From Takakia lepidozioides (Eukaryota; Plantae; Bryophyta), in the NCBI GenBank assembly GCA_030704615.1, contig CM060731.1, positions 87,110,001 to 87,174,000 on the forward strand: DNA of 64,000 nt, read 5' to 3'. Positions 24,224 through 36,254 of this stretch are shown in pieces; the stretch's first letter is position 1, and each line of letters begins with the position of its first letter. Made by a program: the position numbers and the translations under genes. A model generated the notes under the pieces. It did no database searches. It saw only the letters and a program-made list of their open reading frames with translations, and was not told where the DNA came from.

Positions 24224-25203
24224 GGAAATGCGGTGCCGCATTTCCATTTTGGAGATGGACGTTTTTCCAACTGCAGACCCATCGACGGAAATGCGGCTCC
24301 GCATTTCATGATGCTAGACGGGAATGCGGCACCGCATTCCATTGTCCAATAAGAAATTTTGATGACGTACATGGAAATGCGGCGCCGCATTTCCAGAACG
24401 GACATCGTTGTTTGTCCAATTCCAGACCCTTTGACGGAAATGCGGCACCGCATTCCATCGTGCTGGATGGAAAGGCGGCACCGCATTACATTGTCCAATA
24501 AGAACTTTCGATTGCCAAACATGGAAATGCGGCGCCGCATTTCCAAAACAGACATCGTTGTTTGTCCAATTCCAGACCCGTGTGGGCATTCCGTCTTGTT
24601 GGACGGAAATGCGGCACCGCATTCCATTGTCCAATACGAAATTTTGATGACGGACATGGAAATGCGGTGCCGCATTTCCAGAATGGACATCGTTGTTTGT
24701 CCAATTCCAGACCCTTGGACGGAAATGCGGCACCGCATTCCATCGTGCTAGACGGAAATGTGGCACCGCATTCAATGGTGCTGGTCGGAAATGCGGCACC
24801 GCATTCCATTGTCCAATAAGAACTTTCGATTGCCAAACATGGAAATGCGTCGCCGCATTTCCAAGGCCCACATTTGTCCAATTCCAGACCCGTGTGGGTA
24901 TTCCGTCTAGCTGGACGGAAATGCGGCACCGCATTCCATTGTCCAATACAAAATTTTGATGACAGACATGGAAATGCGGTGCCACATTTTCAGAATGGAC
25001 ATCGTTGTTTGTCCAATTCCAGACCCTTCGACGGAAATGCGGCACCGCATTCCATTGTCCAATACGAAATTTTGATGACAGACATGGAAATGCGGTGCCA
25101 CATTTTCAGAATGGACATCGTTGTTTGTCCAATTCCAGACCCTTCGACGGAAATGCGGCACCGCATTCCATTGTGCTCTCCGGAAATGCGGTGCCGCATT
25201 CCA
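24224..25203. repeat. Expanded family A palindrome array with higher-order tandem units
   Basis: About 19 palindrome copies; recurring spacers AGAA(C/T)GGACATCGTTGTTTGTCCAATTCCAGACCC and ATTGTCCAATA. Confidence 0.93.
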
Positions 25204-25491
25204 TTGTCCATTTCCGAGCTTCGGCATGTACATGTTTCATTTTACTCATACATGGATTTCCTTCACCTCAGGACTCTGATATCGCTGACTCTGGTATATT
25301 CATATGGACAGACACATTGTAGAAATGAGACCACAAATTGTAAACAGTGGGCCAATTACGACAGTTCTTGAACACAATGAAACACAAGCACACAGAAGTG
25401 AGGTACGATGGGTTGTTTTATTGATCGAACACGGTGTCTCACATTTAGCAACTCCAGACAAATCTAAGCCCTTCCTCCTTCTACATGGGCG

Positions 25492-26106
25492 TCACCAAGT
25501 CGACGGAACTTCGATAGCCCTCAAAACAAGCTCATTACTGATGCAGCACCTCGAGGTAAACTGCAATGCGGTCGTTCTGGTGCCCTTGGTGGAGCTGACG
25601 ACAATGTCATGCCCATTAATCATACCACCATCATACATTGACAAGGTCACTGTGGGCCTCATGTGCCCGTGCGATTCGTCTTCGCAACTCAGCCGAATGT
25701 CTCCATACACTGGAAGAGCGGAGTGAACTCCACGAATATAGTTTTCCCCGGTGCCGTCCTCCCTGGTCCACTGGCAGCAGTTCCAGCGCCAAAGCGAGGC
25801 CGTGCGTGATCTATCCGGCATCCCATTCCACCTTGGTATATCGAGGTCAACAATTTTCAGGACCCACGGACCGCATTGACCCTCGCCCTCACCTCGCTCA
25901 AAGCGGTAATAGCCCTCCAAATACTCCATTGCGCGCAAAGACTCCCGCTTGATTCCAGAAGCGTCTGTGAAAATAGAGAGCCAGACAATGATGTCTCCTG
26001 ATTCTGGTTTGAACATAACATAATCGTGGCCATGATAAGGGCAGTCAGCAGGATTTTGGCGGCACGGCATCCTTGAAAAAGAGTAGCGGAGTACGCTCAA
26101 TGACAA
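25492..26106 (-). CDS. Family A small cargo gene 1, intact frame
   Basis: 204-aa open frame paralogous to 11795-12505. Confidence 0.7.
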   Translation of the reverse strand: MSLSVLRYSFSRMPCRQNPADCPYHGHDYVMFKPESGDIIVWLSIFTDASGIKRESLRAMEYLEGYYRFERGEGEGQCGPWVLKIVDLDIPRWNGMPDRSRTASLWRWNCCQWTREDGTGENYIRGVHSALPVYGDIRLSCEDESHGHMRPTVTLSMYDGGMINGHDIVVSSTKGTRTTALQFTSRCCISNELVLRAIEVPSTW

Positions 26107-26912
26107 CAGCTCCCGGATGGAGGAGGCAGCAGCACGGTGGCTGGAAGAAGTTCAAGCAAACGCTGCAATTCCTCACAAACACTCCAGGGCACATTTAAAT
26201 TTCCCCCCTACAGGAACCTGCACGGATGAAGATTGGCTGCTCTATGAATGTAGCCGTTTCAATTTCCTTCCCTGCCATGCAAACTATGGGCAGTAAGTGC
26301 CAGGTGGGCCTATAGCCACTCGAGCCGACGAAGTCCATCCCCCCTTCGATGTAAATGCGGCGCCAAATTTCCATCCGGGAGATGGACTTCGGTGGTAGAT
26401 TTCAAACTATACCCCGTGGATGAGAAAGAGGTATCGGTTCATCCACCGCTAGTGTGATGAACACGTTACACGATGATTGGTGGGTACGTGGGACCAAGAT
26501 GCTCCATTATTGGAGCCCGCACTGCTCTTCCCCTTCTCATCATTTCAAAAAATCTAAGGGCTTCGTTGCTGTCCGCAAGGTCATTGGGCATCAAAGACGT
26601 CCTCAGGTCCTCCTTTGCAAGGATGTCGTGCTTCCGGAACCGGGACGACTGCCCTTATGGAGGCTTCGATTATGCAATGTATTCGGCCACATCGGGAGAC
26701 ATCGTTATCTGGTACACAGTTTACACAGAAGATACTGGTTCGAATGTGGAAACATTGTCCGCTTTTGAGTATATCCCAGGCCACTACGCCTTCAAGCGGG
26801 GTGACGATCTTGGTCTGAGGAGTCCGTGGCTCCTGCGCATCCTTGATTTCGATTTTCCCAGCTACGATGGGCACCCATGCAGAAGAATGCGCACTGCTAT
26901 GCTGTTGCGGTG

Positions 26913-27132
26913 AGCTCAAATCTGCCATATATTCATATTCCTCTTTTTGTGCAGGCATTGCAGACATGGTGCATGGTGGCCCCCTTTGTTTTGTCCACGG
27001 TAATAGGCCCTCTTCATGCAATCCTCACCTATAGGACCTGCTTCTCCAGCAGATTTGTGCCGCTCACGCTTCCCTGGAGTGTGAGCTCAGCTCCCAGGCT
27101 CACGGGGCTGGGCTCACGCCGTAGCTACGCTG
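26913..27132 (-). mobile_element. Terminal fragment (TIR) of MULE family C, inverted relative to its partner end
   Basis: Minus strand reads CAGCGTA-GCTA-CGG-CGTGAGCCC with CGTGAGC repeats like the 58036 end. The flanking 10 bp match the flank at 58037-58046. Confidence 0.7.
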
Positions 27133-27584
27133 CTCCAGCCATAACCCAATTGGTGACCTGAGGGAGATTGATAACCTTTTCACGGATGAGGTCTCATAAT
27201 TCTACCCGTTCTGAGGAAGAATTCGGAGCATAGATATTCAGAAACACCGTGAGACCAAAGCTGGACTCAAGAATAGTGAATGCGCATTGAACACGGCCCT
27301 GCACCCAAATCTGAACTTCATGGATGGACGGAGCCAGGGCATGTGAAGCTAGAATCGCCGTACCTCCTCGAGAAGAAGTGACAGCTGGATTCCACCAGCA
27401 TTGGTTTGGAGGCCAGAAGGAGCTGCCAATAGAGTTGATTTTGAGGATGTCCAGTTTGGTTTTTTGAAGGAAGATGATGACCGGGGAGAAAGTTCAAGGG
27501 AGGAGGCCCAATGCTTCTGCGTTTTGGTACTGAGGCATCAGAGCCTATACCCCGCACATTCCAGGAGTGAAGCGACCAAGTCAT
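27133..27584 (-). pseudogene. LINE APE endonuclease, 5' half
   Basis: SWNVRG, FLNIYAPN, ending at NWVMAG exactly at the C terminus; the rest (MAGDSN) resumes at 58037 on the plus strand. Confidence 0.8.
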
Positions 27585-28329
27585 GTAGGAAACAATGAGC
27601 AGCCCATGTTAAGTCCATGATTTGATGGCTGAAAGGTAGATCTGCACCAATGTTGCATATAGAAAGAAAGCCACAAGGAGAAGAAGCTTGGATGAGGTGG
27701 CCTGATCCATGTAACAGATGGAGACTGAACCAATTCATAATCAAGATCAACATTGATCCAGGATTTCCAGATTTCCTCTAGAAATCAAGTGTGACAAAGT
27801 TTGCCATCCCATGGACACATTGACACAGGGTTTGCTGCATGGTGTTGGGTGATGACAGTCAGTTAGGCTTAGGACTACTTCATTGTCAGGCTATAATTAT
27901 CAGCAGGTTGGAATCCAAATACCATTTCAGAAAAGGAAGTAAGGAAGAGATGGGGAACCAGGAGCAGAAGAGATACCTGGATATGCAAATCAGTGTTGAG
28001 GTTTGAAAGGCAACCCCACCTTTCAAAGTGCAAGGGATATTTAATGTGACTTGAGTATGCCTGATCATACTCACACGTTGATGTCTGTTGTCTACTCTCC
28101 TGGGTGGCCATTTGCCTCATCAAGTTCAGGTGTGATAATTCAAGAACTATTCATTCATTTTAAGTGTAGTACCTGATGCATGATCATCATAGGGAGGCTT
28201 CGGAGTTCTCTTCTGCTTCCAACAATTCTTGATATTTAATGCTTACTCTCAGAGTTGTTTGTGAAGTCATTGCATTTTTCAGCGCATCCCTAAAATAAGG
28301 CACGTGCTCATTTGCAATATCGCCATGTG

Positions 28330-28764
28330 TTCAGATGATGGTCAACATAACCGTGTAATTGGATTCGTCCACGTGTCCATATGAATATGGACACGTGTCC
28401 GTCCATTGCTAAGTATGATCGACGGAGTTGCTGCGTCCACGTCGCATACAGTGGAAGTGGTTGGAATCACTATGTTCTGAAGTGGTTAGTTTACCACTAT
28501 GACACGTCAGACGTGGTTTGGTTTACCACTGTGACACGTCATAAGTGGTTAGTTTACCACTGTGACACGTAAGCGAACAGCTGGACTCGGAGGCAAGTGA
28601 TCATAACCACTGTCTTTAACCACTTCGGACACGTCATGTCTTTTACCACTGCTGAGTCAAGACCCACTGGTTCTTCATCACTCTGGGGCCAGAGTGGTTG
28701 GGTGTCTTTTCCCACTCAAAATGAGTGGTTACGAGAGTGGTTATTCCGTGTTTTCCTTCTAGTG
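28330..28764. mobile_element. CACTA (EnSpm) transposon end
   Basis: Terminus TTTTCCTTCTAGTG (reverse complement CACTAGAAGGAAAA) at 28764, preceded by many AGTGGT/ACCACT subterminal repeats in both orientations. Confidence 0.7.
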
Positions 28765-29672
28765 TAACGGGGTGAGTACATTGACTGAGAAGGTGGGGCC
28801 ATGTGTCGCTTACTTGGTGTGTATGTGAGCATAACGGGCAGTTGGGGGATGGGAATAGGCGTGGCCAGAAGATATGTTAATGCTGGTGACCCATGTATTG
28901 AACGTAGCGGAATTTGAGAGTTTGTCGGATCTGTGCGTCAGAAGCAGCCTTGGTGTGCCAGAAGTAGTTAGAATGCTTATGGTGAAGTACGGTAGAGTGG
29001 GTCCATTTCTGGATATGGACCTTGGTGTGGCTGACAGATGTTGAGGCTTGTTTGTTAGATTCACGGGTGAGAGTGGATTGCAGGTTCCGTATTGGTTTGG
29101 TTATTGGGGGTTCAGGTATAGGATCTATAAGCCAAAATGGATGAGTATGGGCAATGTCCATCGTCCGTGGGGTCCAGTGGGGGTTTGGCAGCCCCGTCCT
29201 GGGCGAGTAGGTCGGCCCTATCATTGCCGCTAATACCAGTATGGGATTGGACTTTGATAAAGTGGATGGTGTGATAGTGGAAACGGCGAGGTTGACAATA
29301 GCAGTAATGAGGTTACGATCCGGGTGGTGGAGGTGGCAAGATGGGCTGGAGAGGTGGTTACGAATCAGGAATAGTGAGGTGAGGCTATCTGTAAAAATAT
29401 AGTGGGGGGGGGGGGGGGGGGATGAGGAAAGCTGAGAGAGAGCTTCGAAAATAGCCATGAGCTCAGCACGTAAAATGTTGGCAAGGCCTGGGAGCCCAAG
29501 AGCCACGCCCTGATTAATACCAGCATGGTAGACGCCATAGCTGGCATCGGAGCCGGATAGGGAGCCGTCCGTGTAATGAGAGTGATAGGGAGAGAATTTG
29601 AGCGGTTTGCTTGATGGGATACCGGTGGATCAGTGAGCGGTACGGGAGGGGGAGGGAGAGGGCGCGGCAGCG
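28765..29672 (-). pseudogene. Non-LTR retrotransposon RNase H region, frameshifted
   Basis: YTDGS, ILRAELMAI, YIFTDSLTSL and KVQSHTGISGNDRAD motifs across frames. Confidence 0.75.
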
Positions 29673-29901
29673 CCCTGACCGGGGGCTGCTATTTCATGAG
29701 CGGCATGAGCATGAGCGGAAAAAAAAAAAGCATGAGCAGACCATTGTGAGTCCACGGAAATAGGGTTAGGAGGCACGGAAATAGGGTCATGTGAAGTTGG
29801 AATGTGGCACCAGTGGACTTGAAATGCAACATTTTATTGCAAATTTTGTGGCAAGCCACGTCTATACAAGTGTGTTCTAACTGTCATAGCCGGAATGGGC
29901 A

Positions 29902-32900
29902 CTACTCTCCTACACCCTCCGAGGAACTTGCCCCACCTTCTTCCTCATCCCCCTCATCCCCCTCATCCTCCGAGCTCTGTGATGCATCAGTTCCACTATG
30001 CCTCTCAAAAATCCCGTCCTCTCCTTGGGGGACTGTCCACCTCACCTCCTGGGAATCTTTTGCGTCTTCTCCCCCACTTTCCTCAGCAGAATCCAACACA
30101 AATCTACGAGCTCGACGGGCTCTAATAGCTGCTGCCTCCTCCCTCATCTTCATTTTCTTGAGGCTTGCCTCGTCTAAAATCTGCTGTACACGACTACGTT
30201 CGGAACACCTCCTAATGGACACCGAAGCAAGCCGGGCAGCATAAGTAGGAAGGATGTACTCCCTTTCTGGACTAGGCATGAAATCCCCCCTGGCAAAAAA
30301 AAGGCACGTTCCTCCTGCCCATGAACTCCGGTGTAGACGTCCCTCCGGCAGTACTTGGCATCCTACAGTAAGAACAAATCCACTTGAAGAATGTCAATAC
30401 CAGCACAACCAGAAAGGGTTTTCAATGAAATAAGAGAGCGGAGGGAGGTGCCTCACAAAATCTGGAGGCAACTTACAATGCCACCACTCACTCGTAAACC
30501 GGGGGCTCCTCGGCCTCGATCCCAACTTCCTCCCCCTGCTCCTTCTCGGATTTTTCCTCATCCTCCGAGGATGCCTCTTCCTCTTCGGCAGACGTTCAGC
30601 CGCTGCAAGTTCCGAGTTGTGGAGGGCAGTATCTGGCTCGAAGGCGAACACATGCCTGTCGGACAACGTCCCTGCCCACATTGAAGCACCTGAGGAACAA
30701 AGCGGGCGGTTAATAGCTTGCGGCATGCAATTGCAATGGGGCCAGGGGACAAACTGAGCACGTGAAGGCTTACCCGTGCCGCATGTGAGGTCCAGAATCC
30801 GCCCTTGGACATCCGAGCACGTCTCCATGAGGGTTTGGATGAAAGCAGGGCTCCGGGTCCGGCTGTACCGCCACGGTTTGCCTGTCTTTGTGTCCTTCGG
30901 CATACTAGAGTGGGGCACATAGTTGTAGAGGACATCGTAGGTTACAGGGTCCACAGCGGCATCAACAAGACGACCGTCGTTGCGGAATTTGAACGTAGAC
31001 CCTCTCTTCACAAAGCAATATGCCTCAAACACCAATGTCTGCACATCCAACAAAGAAGGGATCAATTCCAGGGTCTACTTAACATACACCACAATATGAA
31101 GTGAATGCAATAGATTGATAACTTACACTTTGGCCCTCTGTTCGCAACCCCTGCGTACTGATGCAGAACCATTTTCTGAGGAGGACCGGGGTGACACTTT
31201 TCGGTGTCCACCTTGCCACCGCATTCTCTGTGGTCTTCCCTCTCGTGGCAAGGACAACCACACATCCACCATCATCCAGAAGCATCCCCGCCAGCCCAAA
31301 CCCGGCTTTCCAGTAGTCCTCAGTAAACCTGTTCCAGGTGGGCACACCATCCAGGCCCTCCAGCAGCTCCCCATCTGGAATGTCGAGGAGAATCATGTCG
31401 CAAGCTCTCTCCACCTCAACCCCCCCCGAGTGCTCTTGCAATTCGTGCTCACAGCCGTGAAGAATTCCATCATGGCTTCAAAACCAGGGGTGTCTTTAGG
31501 CTCTGTACCGGCAGCCCTCTTCTTGGCTTTCCCCTTCTGCTCCGCCAGAGACTTGTTGTGTGCCACCTTCTTCGCCCTGGCAGCGAGAGCGTCAAGGAAG
31601 CTCTCATTGACGCATTGGATGATGGTTGGAGGTTCTAGCTTTGGCCTGTGCGTAAACGTCACCGCCGAATACCGCCGTGTAGGCTCGCCCTCAAATGCCA
31701 ACTTCTTGGCAGAGCCAGTCCCACTCCGAACTGACTTGGGAACCCGGCGACCGGTGACTGGGTAGGAGCAACAGCAGTCGCAGGACCTTGAACAAAATCG
31801 GCGTCGGAGTCACTCTCTTGGGTCCCCTCCTGCGCCTCCTCCGATGCCCCGATGGTTTTCTTCTTTTTGGGTGTTACTGAAGTCACCTGTTTCCTTGTCC
31901 TTTTCCTTTGACCTTTACTCTTCTCATGCAATTTCTCCTGAATTCCTGCCTGAGCAAGCTCTGCCGCTTTCCTGGAGTTCGCAAGCGCTTTTGCCTCTTT
32001 TGCACCCAACGGAGGCAGCGGAGCCCGGTTTCGTCGGAATTCAGCATCCAGCTTCAATTGAAACTCGGATGGGTCGAGTGAGCCGGGCGGAAGGTCCACA
32101 TACCAAGGGCAATCACGCAAATGTTCCAGATGCCACTCCTTCACAATATCGTCAGTGTACATGGAGTCAGCCCCAGGGTTCCTCCATGCCAGGAAGAATG
32201 GTGGCTCGAAAGACAGATGACCTTTCTCCAAAAGCGAGAACTTACAGTACCTGCATTCATGAAAAACACAATGAGGTCCGAAAATGGCTAAGTCTCTGAA
32301 CGGCAATAGGGCCTACAACTGGAATATGGCGCCGAATTTCCACTTCAGGGCCACCCAGTCTAGGGACTTAGCCCGAAAATGGCTAAGTCCCTCGACGGCA
32401 ATAGGGCCTAGAACTGGAAAACGGCGCCGAATTTCCAGTTCCGGGCCAGCCAGTCTAGGGACTTAGCCCGAAAATGGCTAAGTCCCTGGACGGCAATAGG
32501 GCCTAGAACTGGAAAACGGCGCCGAATTTCCAGTTCCGGGCCAGCCACACTAGGGACTTAGGCCGAAAATGGCTAACTCCCTGAACGGCAATAGGGCCTA
32601 AAACTGGAATATGGCGCCGAATTTCCACTTCAGGGCCAGCCAGTCTAGGGACTTGGGCCGAAAATGGGTAAGTCCCTGAACGGCAATAGGGCCTGGAACT
32701 GGAAAATGGCGCCGAATTTCCAGTTCCGGGCCAGCCAGTCTAGGGACTTAGCCATTTTCGGAGCCCTGACTGGAAATTCGGCGCCATTTTCCCTAACACC
32801 ACTTGAGGCCTCTAACATCCTGCAATGCCAGGACTTGAAAGAAAGGCAGCGCGTATGTACCTGTACAGAAGGCGCATTGCTGATTTGTCCGCGTTCGGCT

Positions 32901-35900
32901 GGTCGGTGAACTCGTGGCTCCGGCGAGCATCTGCTATCTCCCGAAAGAATAGGTTGGTTTTGTAGAGCAGAAAGTACCTCGTCACATAGTCACGTAGGCT
33001 CTCTGCTGCAGGAGATATCTCCATCTTGAACTGATGTGCTTGTGTGTCCAGCTGCTCTTGCGCATTCGTCGTCACCTGTGGAGATTGTCCATCAGATCGC
33101 TTTCCTCAAAAAATACAATGAATCCACCCCCTACTAGAGTACAAGCCCCAAACGAAGCGTGGGGAAGTACCTGAAACCACCATGTCATGCGGTTCATCCA
33201 CATGTCGAATGTGGGGTCAGAGAGTTTGTCCGGTTTGGGGAAGCTCCACATGTCCCTGGTACTTTGGGAACCATTCCAGATTGGAGCCACCGGGTCTGTC
33301 CAACCACCCAGCATATTCGTAAGCGCCAAACACCACAAAAAGGAGTTGTTGCCACCACAATTTGGTTAAGAATGTATCACCTTTTCTGTTGCATCCACAC
33401 AGGATGTGGCTAGACGATGGAGCTTCTCCAATGTCATCGTGGGCTTCAGAGCGCGAGAGTAGTGCTTCCCCACCTCCACCAGAAAGTCGGCACCAAGGGC
33501 GGGATCAGCTATGGCCACGTACTTTACCATCCGCGACTTGTACTTTATGCGGGCCCTCACCTCCGCAGCTTTGACATACGATTCGAGTTCCGGGAGGGTT
33601 GGATTCTTCTCCTCTGACTCCATGTAGAACCTCCGCGCATGTGCCAAATCCTGCTGTATTTTCGTCTGTCGAAAAGGCGCACATAAGATTAGAGATCCTG
33701 CTCAACACAATTTCTTCTATTGGGGGAGGAGAGACAAATTAGCTCAACAAAACTGTGAGGAGCTTTACCCGAAATATGTAGTCCACCATGGCGTCGACGC
33801 TCAGCCTATACCAGGTTCTGTCTGCCTTTGCCTCCGACTTGCGCAGGAGGTCGGCACTGAGGGAATTGGCAAACTCTTGCACCCCCTGCTTCCCGACATC
33901 CTTCACTCGGAAGAGCATATGGGACAAGTTCGTGGCAATGAAGGCATTCTCAGTCACCCTGCAGTGCCACATTTCCATCAAACAATACTGAAATGGGAAT
34001 TTTCATCATATATGAGGATTCGCAATGAAATGACTTCCAAATTCAAAGTCCAAAAGCGAGAGGGGTTGTAGCTTACGAGTTGATGTCGGCCATTGCAGCT
34101 TTGAGAAGACTGCGATCTTTGGGCCCCGCAACCTTCAGCACAACACAATCGACGGCGAAATGCCAATCGAGATCGTTGGGGTGGGCTTGGGCAATGTGCT
34201 CCATCCATGCCAGGAGGCGATGATTGCCGTCCCACACGTAGAACATCTTACCGGACATGTGCTGGAAAAGAGGATCACTAGCAATCGATCTCTCGAACTC
34301 CTCATTTCGCGTTTGCCAATGGGGACCCCATTTGTCCACCTCATCGGAAGTGTGGGCACGGGAAGCTCCGTGGTCGTTCTCAATGGAAACGTAAAAGGCG
34401 GCAGACCCCATTCGATATCCATCCCGGAAAGAGAATTTCAGCTTGTCGATATCGCCTGGCAGGGCAGGTCTCACCACCTGCAATGACACCAAGCGGCAAA
34501 GGGGAATTCGAAGCTTGGCCGGGTACACCATGCCCCCCAGCACCCTGCCAATGTTGCTGTGGGTTGCCTCCAACATCTTGGCAGCGGCCAACTTCATATC
34601 CGCCTCAGACATGACGTCTGCTGCAGAGGGGTTTTCCGGCAGCCCACCAGGACCGCCAAATCCAGCCTGTATGCTCCGGGTTTGGGGCCTGGGGATGTCC
34701 GGGAGGATGTCATCCTGGTCAGAAACCTCCATGTCGTCCTCCTCAACAGGGTCAGCCACCTGCGAAACAACCTCCAGCACTCTTGTCGTCTCTACTGCCC
34801 TCTCCCTGGCTTCACCTCGAACTTGCACAATCCGTGCTCTTTCAGGTGTTCTTTCCTCTCCTCCACTCTCCACCGTATGGGTAATTGCGGGGGCTGCTCT
34901 TGCCCGCGATGGTCTAACCGGTGTGCTACTGCCTCTCTGTGGTGTCTTGTAGGGATCCACCGTCTCTGTGGGTCCCTCGCTTACATTGGCATCTGTCATT
35001 TGGGCACCCCTGGCCTCTTCAGCTGCCTTTTGTCTTTCCTCCTGGCTAGCATTCTGTCTCGTTTGTTCTTTTGCCCTCTCTTTTGCCCTCTCACGGGCTT
35101 TCTGTTTCTTACTAGGGCTAGCAGCAGGGGAGCCCTCCAGGACGACCACCTTTGATTGAGGCGAACTGAAACCCTCGCGCGCACTGCTCACTCCCCCCTC
35201 CGCAGCCCGTGACTGCTCTCTCGCCGGGGATTGCATGTGCTTAGCTTTCTTCTTTTTCTTTGCGTGGGCGGGCCCTACTGCATGTGCATGAACAACCTCC
35301 ATTGCCGGATCTGCTGTCCTCATGTCCTCACGCCCTTCACCTGCCATGCCGCCTGCACCAACCTCCCCAATGCCTACTCTGTCGTAATCTCGTTGCAAGT
35401 CCTCCCGTCCACCAACAAAAGGTTTAAGTTTGCCCTCTCGCCCCAAGTTGGGCGATTCAAACATGCGATGAGTTGGAGCTGTCGATGATACCACCAGCGT
35501 GCCGGGCTCGTCGTCACTCTGTCATTGACAAAAATCGTGAAAACCAACATCGGTGCAAAAAGCAGCATCGCAACGAGCAGCGCAACCACCATAGCAACAA
35601 TCATGTAGCAAAAATGAAAACATAACAAGTTTAGGAAGTATGGAGAGCCATGCAACAACAATGAAAACAAATGCAACCATTGCCTAAGAATGACATGCAC
35701 AAGCAGCCTTCTCCAGAGCTGCCGGATTTGCACACGCATTGCAAACAATCTAAGGTTCACTCAACTATCTAAAGTTCACTCATACAGCAAAGCCAGGATG
35801 AAGATGCAAAAACAAAGCGAAAGCAAAAAATAAATCGAACAAACCGAAAGCAGAAGTGGCTTGCCTGAGAGTACTCGGCTTCAGTTGGCGCAGGTTGTGA

Positions 35901-35942
35901 GCAAGACACTGGAATCTCCTGCTGGAGCTTCAGTTTGGCCAT
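29902..35942 (-). CDS. Family B accessory gene: ParB-like + beta-class amino-methyltransferase-like, multi-exon
   Basis: FYVWDGNHRLLAW (ORF 34073-35494), CDMILLDIPDG...PTWN...LLDDGGCVVV (31079-31441), RSPAFIQTLMETCSDVQGRILDLTCGTG|ASMWAG..DRHVFAFE (30640-30870). Apparent frameshifts near 31425 and 31750; start approximate. Confidence 0.82.
32277..32790. repeat. 95-bp tandem repeat inside intron 32251-32860, carrying the family B palindrome
   Basis: GGGACTT recurs at 32363, 32458, 32553, 32648 and 32743. Each unit has GGCGCCGAATTTCC and a GGGACTTAGCC/GGCTAAGTCCC hairpin. Confidence 0.93.
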
Positions 35943-36254
35943 GCGAGAGATTGGCCGTCGTCCGTAGTACAGAGCTTTCAACTTCCGCCGCGGTCTGGAT
36001 GTGAGGTCTCTCTCAGGAGAGCCACGCCCTTCAGGCGGCATAAGTCCCAGCCAAAAAGATCTCTTTTTTTGGGGTACATGCCTGGAATACCATGTTAAGC
36101 CAAGTTTAGAATGAGATTTAGGGTACGTGTCCAGGAAGCCATGCGTCGCCAGCCCAAATAATAACCGACGGCCGTCGACATTTATTGCCCAACTGCGCAA
36201 TTAAATGTCGGATGAAGCCCTCCATGTCGGATGAAAATCGACGTAAACAGTCCC

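Larger units (their letters stand above)
22522..26912 (+). mobile_element. Family A copy 2, left fragment (3' part of accessory gene with internal deletions, array, cargo genes)
   Basis: Colinear with A1 ~7462-12231. A deletion at ~22962 removes A1 ~7900-8462 including DIPDG; a second deletion lies at ~24110. Confidence 0.92.

Noticed and set aside
31415-31432. Programmed -1 frameshift before the MTase domain (similar shift at ~8165 in A1)
   Set aside because: Both fall in G runs, C and D have an intron near here rather than a shift, and homopolymer indels are common in this assembly. Cannot be supported without accurate reads.
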